DNA of 64,000 bases, from assembly GCA_002269645.1 (NCBI GenBank), contig NIVC01001884.1, positions 62,001 through 126,000 on the forward strand, written 5' to 3'. A model generated the notes under the pieces. It had not been told where the DNA came from and did no database searches. It saw nothing but the letters and a program-made list of their open reading frames with translations. Origin of the DNA: Macrostomum lignano. Its lineage: Eukaryota. How positions within the stretch are numbered: position 1 is the stretch's first letter; every line of letters starts with the position of its first letter. The translations under genes and the position numbers were made by a program. Below are positions 9,788 through 19,369 of this stretch, in pieces.

Positions 9788-12658
9788 TCACTCAGGATTG
9801 GCGTTGACGTAGACGTTGCGCGAACGTAGCTGATAGCGTGGTGCTGGTGTCGGTGTTGTTGGTTGAGTAGATGTTTGGTCAGATTGATCTGGGTCGTTTT
9901 GCGTATCATCAGTCTGCTGGCTGACCGTCTTTGTCAGCGGCTGTTGGTGGTTGTGGTGTTCTTGAGTCAGCGTCCGGGTGAGTTGAGGTAGAAATATCTC
10001 AACCGGGAGTTGATCAGGTGATGGTTTCAACTTGGAGGCGTGCGTGACCATTGGTGGAACATCCAGCTTGTTGATGTCCTGTATTAGAGCGTTCTGCGGT
10101 GATACCCACTTAAGGAGACGGAACGGTCCTCGATAAGGGTTAGAAAACTTTGAGGCTTTTTGTCCGGAGATCTCTAGGTAACAGCGAGAACCAGGTTGTA
10201 GTCGGTAAGTCGTTGGTGGAGTCTCCTCATTATGTCGTCGGGCTCGCTCCTCTGCAGTAGCGTGGAGGTAATGGAGGGCGACATCTCGAGCCAGAGTAAT
10301 GCTGGAGCAAATGGTTTCCAATGGTTTTATGTTTTCGGAGTAAACAGAGATCTGGTGATCAAGGATTCGCGTGCTCGGAGCTTGGAAATCGCGAGCAAAG
10401 AATAGGTAAAATGGTGATTCGCGCATCACAGTGTGGGCGGCAGTGTTGAGGGCGAGCGTCACTGCCGGTAGGTGCTCTATCCATTTGTCTGGCTGGTCGT
10501 GCACGAACGTAGTGAGTGCCTGCTTCAGTGTTCGGTGCGCTCTTTCGACGAAGTTGCTTGACGGCTGATAGTAGGAGGTATAGATTAGTTTAATTCCGAG
10601 GGCTGCCATATAGTCTCTGAATTCCGTAGAGATGAACTGTGGTCCGTTGTCTAGGATGATGTTAGCAGGTATGCCAGCGAGTGCGAAGACATGGCGAAAT
10701 AGGTGTTCACACACCGTTGACGATGTTGTGTCAGCTAGTGGGATTGTGAAGAGAAATTTGCTAACTCCGCATTGTGCCGTCAAGATGTACTTGTAGACGT
10801 CTCGCTGATGGTGTGCAGATGGTAGTGGACCGACCAGGTCGATGGCTAGGTGTGAGAAGACGTTAGCGAACTTAACTGCTCTGAGTTCAGGGTGGATTTT
10901 TCGACCAGGTTTCGCTCGATGGCAGATTTCACATTTCTTGACGTAGTCCATGGTGTCATTGTAACAGTTCGGCCAGTAGTAGTATCGAGAGAGCCGTAAC
11001 CAGGTTTTTTCAAAACCGAGGTGGCCGCCAAACGGTGAACTGTGACTCTCATTTAGTAGGGCCTGCTGATATTCGGTTGGGATTACTAGTCGCAGGTTGG
11101 AATTGCCCTTTGCTGACTCATAGTAGAGTGTTTCGTTCGCGTAATGGTAATTGTCAATGTGATTCCGTACATATCTCAGGTCTCTCTTTGGTAAGGTTTG
11201 CGACTGGTCCTCACCATCTCCGCTTAATAGAAAAATTATTGTGGCATATAGCGGTGATTGTTTGACGGCTTCCCGAAGTTTTTGAAACGTGGGGATCGGA
11301 TGCAGCAGTTGTACCTCCGGAATTCGCGATAGGCAATCGGCAACGGTATTCGCCTTTCCGGTAATGTACTTGAGTGTAAACTGATAATCCTGTAGATATA
11401 GAATCCATTTTTGTAATCGCCGGGACAGTGGTTGTTTGTTAGCGAAAAGCGATTGCAGCGGCTGGTGATCAGAGTAGATGGTGAACGGCTGGTAAGAGGC
11501 ATACAAGAAGACATGGAGTTTCTTGATCGCCCAATAGATCGCATAGGCTTCTCGTTCGATTGCCGGGTATCGTTGTTCAGTGGCCGATAGTGTCTTCGAG
11601 ATGTAGGCCACAGGTTGTTGGTGTCCTTCGGAGTCTACTTGGGAGAGTACAGCGCCGATAGCCGTATCCGAGGCGTCAGTGTGGAGGACATACGGCTTGT
11701 AAGGGTCCGGGTGGACTAGTCGGATGTCGGTGGTGAGCATATTTTTGAGTAGATCGAATGCTGACTGCTGTTCCTTGTTCCAGATTATCTTTTTCGTCTT
11801 GGATGCGTTTCGCAGGGCGTTGAGCAGTGGTGCGACTATTGTGGAGTATCCCTTGATGTGCGTTCGATAGAAGTTCGCCATTCCTAGAAAAGATTGTAGT
11901 TGTTTCACTGTCGTTGGGATCGGAAATTTGTTGATTTTCTCAACCAGGGATGGTGCTGGTCTGATGCCGTCTTCAGAGACTTGAAAACCAAGATATTGAA
12001 CTTCCGGTTTCGCAAAGACACATTTTCGAAGTGAAATTCTAAGTCCATGTTGTCTCAGTTTGTGTAGGAAGTGTTCGAGCTCAACCATCATGCCGTTAAA
12101 GTCTCCAGAGATTAGCAGTATGTCATCCAGATATGCGATTAGGTTTGGTGAGTCCGCAGTTAGTAGCGAGACGAGACGACACATGATGCTTGGGCTTGAT
12201 TTGAGACCTTGCGGAAGTCTATTGAATTGCCAAAGAAGTCCGTTTGGCGCAATGAAGGCTGTGTACTTTGAGCTCTGTGGATCCAGTCGAACTTGATAGA
12301 AGGCGTCGGCGAGGTCACAGAGAGAGAACAGTTTTGCGCTTCTCAGCCGGTGTAGTAGGTCAGGTATTTTCGGAGGTCGTATGCTTGGCGTGCTAATGAT
12401 CTTGTTCAATCTGCGGAAGTCGGCAACGAGGCGGAGTTGTCGTCGGCCTTGTTCATCGAGTGTTTTCTTTTCGACAAGTAGACATGGGCTGGAGTATTCG
12501 GATTCACTCGGGCTGAGGATGCCTTTCCGGACGAAGTTGTTTATTAGCTCGTCAAAGCGCTCCTGTAGGCCATGTGCGATTGGGAATGGACGTGATGTGA
12601 TTGGGTCTGAATGCGGGTGGACACTAATTTTGGCTGTGTATTGCGTCGTGCAGCCCAT
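9788..12658 (-). CDS. pol: RT-RNase H-integrase of element 2 (open frame, catalytic motifs intact)
   Basis: YSSPCLLVEKK, DFRRLN, YLDD, LHTDAS, H-H-C-C (HSSPFGGH...CEIC), IDLVGP, LDNG, NFVER, and GPY/F-type YRGPF. Confidence 0.95.
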   Translation of the reverse strand: MGCTTQYTAKISVHPHSDPITSRPFPIAHGLQERFDELINNFVRKGILSPSESEYSSPCLLVEKKTLDEQGRRQLRLVADFRRLNKIISTPSIRPPKIPDLLHRLRSAKLFSLCDLADAFYQVRLDPQSSKYTAFIAPNGLLWQFNRLPQGLKSSPSIMCRLVSLLTADSPNLIAYLDDILLISGDFNGMMVELEHFLHKLRQHGLRISLRKCVFAKPEVQYLGFQVSEDGIRPAPSLVEKINKFPIPTTVKQLQSFLGMANFYRTHIKGYSTIVAPLLNALRNASKTKKIIWNKEQQSAFDLLKNMLTTDIRLVHPDPYKPYVLHTDASDTAIGAVLSQVDSEGHQQPVAYISKTLSATEQRYPAIEREAYAIYWAIKKLHVFLYASYQPFTIYSDHQPLQSLFANKQPLSRRLQKWILYLQDYQFTLKYITGKANTVADCLSRIPEVQLLHPIPTFQKLREAVKQSPLYATIIFLLSGDGEDQSQTLPKRDLRYVRNHIDNYHYANETLYYESAKGNSNLRLVIPTEYQQALLNESHSSPFGGHLGFEKTWLRLSRYYYWPNCYNDTMDYVKKCEICHRAKPGRKIHPELRAVKFANVFSHLAIDLVGPLPSAHHQRDVYKYILTAQCGVSKFLFTIPLADTTSSTVCEHLFRHVFALAGIPANIILDNGPQFISTEFRDYMAALGIKLIYTSYYQPSSNFVERAHRTLKQALTTFVHDQPDKWIEHLPAVTLALNTAAHTVMRESPFYLFFARDFQAPSTRILDHQISVYSENIKPLETICSSITLARDVALHYLHATAEERARRHNEETPPTTYRLQPGSRCYLEISGQKASKFSNPYRGPFRLLKWVSPQNALIQDINKLDVPPMVTHASKLKPSPDQLPVEIFLPQLTRTLTQEHHNHQQPLTKTVSQQTDDTQNDPDQSDQTSTQPTTPTPAPRYQLRSRNVYVNANPE

Positions 12659-15600
12659 ATCGGTTGGCAGGAGGGCCAGTTGTCACGAAATCGGGATAGA
12701 ATTTCAACTACTTGTTTCCGTTGGTCCGGTGATAAGTGTTGATTCTGCTCATCTAGTTGTTTTCTGATAAGGTCTTCGTCGCTTTTTGTCATATCAGGAG
12801 TGACATCCAAGGCGTTGATTTCTGTTGTGGCTGGCGCTGAGGCTAGCGTATAGTCTGCTGGGTCTGATAGTGCGCCGAGATGAGTTCGGGCATATAGCGT
12901 TACGGGTTGAAGTGTCGGGTTTGAAATCTGAAGCAGTATTGAGCGTCCGGTTTTGTCAGTCTGGCATAATGATGCTGCTAGAAGTAGCTTGTAGCGTTGC
13001 ATCGTATGGTCATTTGGTATAAATAGGACTGGCTGTAGCGGTGTGCCAGGTGTGGACAATTCGGCTGACACCCATGTTGTTGTCTGTGCTGGGATGTGGG
13101 TGGCTTTCGGAAGTTGGACGTTGACTGTGTTCGCTGGAACAGTCATCGTACTGAGCATCGGAAATGTTGTACCATCGATTTGGGCTTCCGATTTGTTATA
13201 GTCGATCGTTAGTGGTATATTGAGCGTCTTGAAGGTCTCTACTCCGAGGATGAGATCATATTCTTTGGACATGTTGTCCAGAACGAAGGCAGACATTTTG
13301 TGTTCCTTTGAGCCAATCAGTATGCGGAAGCTGGCTTCTTTCTTAATGTGGATCAGTTGTCCGCCTGCACATTGCACGTGAAGTGAGTGTGGTGTGATCT
13401 TGGCGTTCAGTTTCTGTGCAAAAGTCGGTGAGATGCAACTAATCGAGGCGCCGCTGTCGATGAGAGCCGTGCATTTGTGTCTTGTCGCTGGAGGCATGGT
13501 GCACCATAGTGTTATCAACGTGCGCGTGGTGAGATGTTTTAGGACGGTGTTGTATGCGATCGGCCATGGAGGAACCGGTGGTTTAGGCGCTGGTAGTGGT
13601 TTCCTCGTTGTCGTAGAAGGTGTCGGTGTTGGTTCGGTCTGCTGTGCTGTCGAGGTTATTTCGATTGGCGGTGCTGACGGGGCGGCTGGCGGAGCCCGTC
13701 GTGGCGGTGATGAGTTTAATAGTACCATTGGTAGTTGGTTTGGAGTTCGAGTGGGTGAGGATGCATGGCGCCGTCTATTCCTTGGGGTATCTGTTGTTCG
13801 GAGGACCATCAGACGGTGCGTACGTCCGTATCGTACCGTGGTCGCGACGCAGAAACGACCAATATTGCAGATGAAGATTAGTAGCGCGGCATATACAATG
13901 ACCGCGGAGCTGAACAGAAAACGTTCCATGTGGTTGTCGCGGAATCGTTCCCAATTAAAGATGGTGGTGCTCCAGAGATTCTTAAATGCTTGTGTAGCGT
14001 CCAGTCTGAAGCTTGAGGCGTCCGCCAGCAGTTCTTGGCGGGTTTTGTTGTTGTTCAGCTTAAAGACAGTAACTAGGAAGTCTCTTGTTTGCATGAATTG
14101 TTCCATCATGTCGGTTACGGTGACCGGACTTCGCAGAGTACTGTAGTTGACATCGCCAATGGGTGTGAAAATGCTCCGTCTCAGGTCGCTATAAAGTGAT
14201 TGTAGAAGGTACGTTTCGTCGGTGACCTGATGTGAGTCTAGTTCGCGAATGTCGCTGAAATTGGTCGTTGCTTTGAAGATAGAGGTATTTTTCGGTAGAT
14301 AGTATCCATCTTGATATTCGCACGGTATTAGTGGTGGTTTGGCGGTTGAGACGATGAGCGTGGTGGTATCCAGATAAGCTAGTACGCTCCTGTTTTGTAG
14401 TTGAAATTTCATAGGTGGTCGCGTATAACATCTATTGGACTTGTACTCCGGTTGGACGAATGTGAAGTCGTAAAGTGGTTTGCATTGATGTACGAAAAGG
14501 TGACCAGCGATCGACTGAGCGTATAAGAAGCGGTCGTTGAAGAGTTGTCGTGCAGCCAGTGTCGGATTGGTGTAGTACAGTGTGCGACTGTATCTCAGGT
14601 TGAGGGCGTACATTTTGCATTGTGTCTTAGTAAGTTGCGTGTGTAATGTCTTGAGGTCTTGGTGTAATTTCATCTCGAGGGCTTGTAGGCGGCTGGAAAG
14701 TAATTCTGCTGAGGCCAAGTTTGTAGATAGTTGAGGTGCTGATTGGTTGTCGGCGGGCGTTTCACTTGAGCGTCGAATACGTACTTTGTCTAACGTCGGC
14801 GGTGCGTCTCGTTGTAAATATGGTATTGCCAGTGGATCATATTGATATTCTTCGGTTTGTGGTGTTGTGACGTCCGTTGGCGGATCGATTGACATTGTGT
14901 GGGTTCTTCGGCTTGTCAATGGAGTTAGAGCAGTTTCCGTTAATCTTGGAGGTTCCGATGTCATCACTGTCGATGTTTGCGGTTGCGTTGTGGTTGTGGA
15001 GGCCACCAATTGTGTCGTTGGTGTAGGACTGTCCGTGATTGGTTTCGTCGTGGTCGTCTCTTGCGTTGTTGGATCAGTTTTCGTCGTCGTTTGGTGCGTA
15101 GTCGTTCGGGTCGTGTCGGTCGTCGATTTTACGACTGTCGTTGTAGGACTTGTAGGATTGGTTGATGTCTTCAGCGCATCTGTTGTTGTTCGTGTGGTCG
15201 GCGTCGATTTCAGCGTAGTTGTGCTGGTAGCTGTTGTGGTGGTACTCGTCCTTGGATTTGTTAATGTTGTCGATGTCGTCGGTGTCGTTGATGTTGTCGG
15301 TGTCGTCGTCGTTGTCGATGTTGTCGATGTTGTCGGAGTTGGGGAAGTTGTCGAAGTTGTCGCAGTTGTCGAAGTTGCCATGGCGATTTGTTTGTAGGGT
15401 AGTGAACGGCTAGGACGGGATTTTGTTTCTGCCGTACTGGGAGTGGCGTCCGATGACTGGTTTGTCTGAGCAGTCGGAGTTGGAGGTGTTGGCCTTATCG
15501 CATTAAGGAAGTGTTGTTCTTGTTCAAGTACTTCGACGTAAAGTCCTTGCTCGGAAAGGTAAAGCTTTTTGGTGCCAGTGGAGCAGCTAAGAGTGTGCTG

Positions 15601-16722
15601 AAGTGGTGTAGGTGCAAATGTTAAAGCTAGCGTTTGGTCGTCGTTGATGAAAAAGTTGGAGTGCTGTAGTCCATTCAGCGCGCGGAACGGTATTAATGAA
15701 CAATCTGATTGTGGTGGTACATTCCAAGACAACGTTAGTTTTCGCTCGCCTGCTGCGTGGAGAGTGGCGACGGCCGGTGGAGTTAGTTGTTTCCAGGCCT
15801 CTGTCAGAAGCTGATGTGGTAGATTAAAACGCATCATCTGTTCCACAGTTGTCGGGATGGTGCAGCCTTTTGTTGAATAGACACAATGTTTGATTGGAAA
15901 CGCCAGTGATTCCATCGGATCTGTTGGACTAGCAAAAGCGGCGATGTTAGTAATCAAGGTGGATGCCGTTATCGTTTGAGTACGAGAGGCGAGGCAGTTG
16001 TCCAGCAAAGTTGTCTGTATGGCTGACCGGAATATTTGTTGGCCAGAAACTGTGGCTACTATTTGTAGTTGGCCATCAGGTGAATTTCTGGACTCGACCC
16101 ATTGTAGACAAGCGAGTGGCGTTGTCGGTTTCGGTTTCACAGTTATGTGAGCTTCACGAAAAGTGCGTAGGTGTGAGCCAAGACGATTGCAGTTTATAGT
16201 TATCTCTTCCCGATAACAAATGTTCATCATTATTCGGGTCTTTGCTAGGTTAGAGGTGTAGAGCCGTAGACGCATTGGGATAGCTCTTGTTTCTTGCGGG
16301 TTGAAGGACTCGCACCGTATTTCGGTAGGGATCTTGAAAATTCGAACTGGGCCGTTGAGCGGGCAGACCATTGGTGTGTCGACAAATGTCGGGTGATCGA
16401 GTGGTGCCGTTCCGTTACGTGTTTCGACACTTCCGATCAGAGTGGTGATCAGTAAACCAAGGAGTAATACGCCTAGTTGACCGTGAGTGTTTGGATGAGT
16501 CGTCTTGCGGGCCGGTTGTCTCAGAGAACGCTGAGTTGTGGGCGCGCAGTCTGGGCAGTCGGGAGTCCAGGGGACGACCTGGATGCCCATGACTTCGGCC
16601 TTGGTGCTCTGCTGTCGGCGCTTAAGGGCACGCAGGAGATTGTATTGCGGTCCAGTCCCGGTGAAGTAGTATGGTCCACTACTTACTGGAGTAGACACAT
16701 TGACTTCCGGCTTTGATTCCAT
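12544..16722 (-). CDS. Fused envelope-like glycoprotein plus aspartic protease (1392 aa)
   Basis: Hydrophobic signal aa 82-101, Cys-rich ectodomain, Thr/Pro mucin aa 411-625, RPSR and RIRR furin sites, NPTLAARQLF...AGHLFVHQC, TM aa 935-953, then ALIDSGASISCI (D at 13456-13458) and LILGVETF. Confidence 0.85.
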   Translation of the reverse strand: MESKPEVNVSTPVSSGPYYFTGTGPQYNLLRALKRRQQSTKAEVMGIQVVPWTPDCPDCAPTTQRSLRQPARKTTHPNTHGQLGVLLLGLLITTLIGSVETRNGTAPLDHPTFVDTPMVCPLNGPVRIFKIPTEIRCESFNPQETRAIPMRLRLYTSNLAKTRIMMNICYREEITINCNRLGSHLRTFREAHITVKPKPTTPLACLQWVESRNSPDGQLQIVATVSGQQIFRSAIQTTLLDNCLASRTQTITASTLITNIAAFASPTDPMESLAFPIKHCVYSTKGCTIPTTVEQMMRFNLPHQLLTEAWKQLTPPAVATLHAAGERKLTLSWNVPPQSDCSLIPFRALNGLQHSNFFINDDQTLALTFAPTPLQHTLSCSTGTKKLYLSEQGLYVEVLEQEQHFLNAIRPTPPTPTAQTNQSSDATPSTAETKSRPSRSLPYKQIAMATSTTATTSTTSPTPTTSTTSTTTTTPTTSTTPTTSTTLTNPRTSTTTTATSTTTLKSTPTTRTTTDALKTSTNPTSPTTTVVKSTTDTTRTTTHQTTTKTDPTTQETTTTKPITDSPTPTTQLVASTTTTQPQTSTVMTSEPPRLTETALTPLTSRRTHTMSIDPPTDVTTPQTEEYQYDPLAIPYLQRDAPPTLDKVRIRRSSETPADNQSAPQLSTNLASAELLSSRLQALEMKLHQDLKTLHTQLTKTQCKMYALNLRYSRTLYYTNPTLAARQLFNDRFLYAQSIAGHLFVHQCKPLYDFTFVQPEYKSNRCYTRPPMKFQLQNRSVLAYLDTTTLIVSTAKPPLIPCEYQDGYYLPKNTSIFKATTNFSDIRELDSHQVTDETYLLQSLYSDLRRSIFTPIGDVNYSTLRSPVTVTDMMEQFMQTRDFLVTVFKLNNNKTRQELLADASSFRLDATQAFKNLWSTTIFNWERFRDNHMERFLFSSAVIVYAALLIFICNIGRFCVATTVRYGRTHRLMVLRTTDTPRNRRRHASSPTRTPNQLPMVLLNSSPPRRAPPAAPSAPPIEITSTAQQTEPTPTPSTTTRKPLPAPKPPVPPWPIAYNTVLKHLTTRTLITLWCTMPPATRHKCTALIDSGASISCISPTFAQKLNAKITPHSLHVQCAGGQLIHIKKEASFRILIGSKEHKMSAFVLDNMSKEYDLILGVETFKTLNIPLTIDYNKSEAQIDGTTFPMLSTMTVPANTVNVQLPKATHIPAQTTTWVSAELSTPGTPLQPVLFIPNDHTMQRYKLLLAASLCQTDKTGRSILLQISNPTLQPVTLYARTHLGALSDPADYTLASAPATTEINALDVTPDMTKSDEDLIRKQLDEQNQHLSPDQRKQVVEILSRFRDNWPSCQPIWAARRNTQPKLVSTRIQTQSHHVHSQSHMAYRSALTS

Positions 16723-16753
16723 GGCCTTGTCGGCACCCGTCGGCTGCGGTTGT

Positions 16754-17933
16754 TCAGTACTGGGGGGGTGCGCTTGTCGTCACGACCTGTAGGGCGTTCA
16801 GCGAGGCTGCTGGGGCTCGCGGTGACGGCGATCGTGAGTGGCTTCCGTTTGATCTGTTTGGTCCATAGGAATTTCTGTTGGAGAAGCGGACCTGTCGTCT
16901 GTCTGAGTGTTGATATTTGATTGCGCGGCATTCTCTGGTATCGTGAGATGTTGTGCGGTGGAATTTGCAGTACTTTTTCTCAATCCCACGAGTGGAAGGT
17001 GATTGTGAGCGCTGGCGTTGAGGGTTCTGGTCAAATCTCCTTTGACGGCAGTCTCTGGCGATGTGGCCGACCTTGTTGCAGTTGTAACATTCGCGACTGG
17101 AAGGTCGTCTGGGTGGTTGAGGCATAGGCGTCTGGACAGCGGCAAGTGTAGGTTTTGTAGTCTGGTTCCCGGACTCTAGGGCGGCTAATCGTTTTGTGAG
17201 CTCGGCCATTTCAGTGGAGGCTGTGGCTTGAGTATTGTCTCCGATTTGTTCTGCTCGGATGGCCTGGCTCAGTAACTCTTGTTCCGTCTGGATTGGGATA
17301 CGCATCAATTCTCGGCGAATGTAGGGTAACGTCCCGTTCAGAATATTGGCAATCAGTGTCGTTGTAAAGTCATTGTCCCGTTGGCGGATTACAGCCTGGT
17401 TGGGCGGTTCGTGGAGGCCGTCGGGAATTGGCTCCGGTGCGATGGCGGGGTATACCGTGCGGAGTTTTTTTGCGGACGTCACTGAAGTATTGAGTGAACG
17501 ACTCGCCGGGCTGTTGTCTTCGATTTGCAATTTGTTGCAGAAGTGAGGTGGATCCGTTTGTCAGGTCTCGAATGCGGGCACGCATGTGCTCAAGCATGCC
17601 CGTGTAGGTACCTTGTTGCGCGGGCGTCAAATTGGAGAATTCGATTTTGAGCAAATCGTTTAAGAATCGCGGGAAAATTCGAAGCTTAGTATCATCATCC
17701 AAGTTGAAAGTGCGGGTGGCCAGGTCAAACTCCATGACAAACGTCGCGAAGCCGTGCAATTGATCGATATCCTTCAGGGCTTCGCGGATTTCGTTGATCG
17801 TCGATGATGATACTGAAGGCGTCGGTCTTTGGGCTGGCTGCGCGGCACCAAGCTGTTGTAGTAGTTGCTGTTGCTGCAGCTGCTGTTGCTGTGTAAGGTT
17901 TTGGATGAGCTCTTGCAGCTGGTTGGCATCCAT
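16754..17933 (-). CDS. gag: gag of element 2 (one +1 shift at an A7 run)
   Basis: ATG at 17933 (MDANQLQELIQ). Capsid-like QQPGESFTQYF, knuckle CYNCNKVGHIARDC, and a second CKFHRTTSHDTREC motif. Confidence 0.88.
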
Positions 17934-18815
17934 GATGATTTCCGGTACAAACAGATAGGCTGGTGGTGAATAACCAGAGGGCCAAGCAGTTGGTGAAGTA
18001 GTTACGTCGGGAGTAGAGCCGGAAAGTCGTCGGGTACTCGAGGTTGTGTTGTCAAGTGCTTGGTCTGTGTCAGCGGCTGGCGCTGAGTTTCGTTGCAATT
18101 TGCGCGATTTAGCTGTAGGGGATTGTGATGCTGCTCGTCGACCAGAGCGTAAGAGCATGCAGGATCCTGCTATCAAAAGAAGTGGTTCTGGGTTATAATA
18201 AGAGTATGAGAAATAATTGAATTAAGCAATATTTTGAGAATACACTGAGCATTATAGCATCTGGGTCGTGTTTATCTGGACTATCCCTTTGGTCATCATT
18301 TTGTAATATCGGTATGACGTGTAATGAGAATTCTGACATGTATGCACACGAGTGACTACTGCTTAAGTAGTATCAGACGAAAGTCAAACAGAATATATGT
18401 GTATCAGCGTATTGATCAAAATTGTAGCCTGTAGACTTTTGTAAACGAATACGAGCATCTATTGCAAAATAGGCTATACGACAGGGCCACAGACTACAGT
18501 GTGGGCTTGCTAGGAAACGGTACGGCGGATGCCACAGGTGTGTTTGTGGGCTTAGTACTTGAGACGATACAGCGAGTGCCACAGGTGCGTTTGTGGGCTT
18601 ATTGCGCGAGTTCGGTGCACGAACTGTAATGTGTGATGAGTTGCCAGCCAGGAATGAATGTCGCGGCAGGGCGACCGTCGCAGCTTGTGCGACCTTTTAA
18701 CCGGAATCGCCGATTTGCGATCTCCGACCAGCTCTTCGGGCACAGCTTGTGTGGCCGGGTTAACAACTGAGTGCCACTACCGAATTAGTGGCCGCCACGA
18801 CTGGGTGGCTTCACG

Positions 18816-19369
18816 TGGTTACATTAATTCCCCTTAATTCCTATTTTCCGTTTAATTGTGCTTGGGCAAGACTCCCATTAGTTTAGAGGCGAGACTCCTC
18901 TTGTGCAATCCTACTTTATAATTTACCTTTTATTTCCTTTTCTTACCGAATTCCTTGTTATTCGCAAGACGCGCACGCAGGATGCTTTCCCTAGAGCCCA
19001 ACTGCTCTGTAGTTCTTAAGGATCCCGAAAACTAGCGATTTACCCCTGCTCTAATTATTTCCCTGGGTTAAAACTACTGATAGTAGGCAAAAAGCATATT
19101 TCCCCGCAACTAATTCCCGTTCCTAAAATAATGCTCTACTACACTACTCATGTTGTACCGGAGGTCCTCGTTCGATAACTGTGAATGCATGCGTCATGAA
19201 ACCATTTTGAACAGGTGTCGCAATCCGTCTGAAAAAGTAAAAAAAACAGGTCAATATAAACTTTTTATTTGTATAGTCGCATTAAGTACATACTATGATC
19301 AATACAAATAACACCACAAATTTAGCGTCCCTTTAACAAACAACAAAAAAGTACCATTAAGCAAATTTT
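18816..19369. repeat. About 554-bp direct repeat, copy 2
   Basis: Matches 7170-7724. It consists of MULE intron and PHD exon sequence plus the first 327 bp of the element 1 LTR. Confidence 0.95.

Larger units (their letters stand above)
7725..18815 (-). mobile_element. Ty3/gypsy element 'element 2' with the order gag-env-like-pro-pol; matching 5' LTR not found
   Basis: gag knuckle, glycoprotein, protease LIDSGA, RT YLDD, RNase H and integrase DDE are colinear on the minus strand. Confidence 0.9.

Noticed and set aside
13394-14146. 250-aa plus-strand ORF
   Set aside because: Antisense to the env TM, linker and protease, with no independent motifs.
14867-15397. 176-aa Val-rich, hydrophobic plus-strand ORF
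   Set aside because: It is the antisense mirror of the Thr-rich mucin codons.
18164-18176. Possible initiator-Met PBS (TGATAGCAGGAT) before gag of element 2
   Set aside because: Needs a mismatch and a gap, and the upstream 640 bp has no LTR partner in the window.
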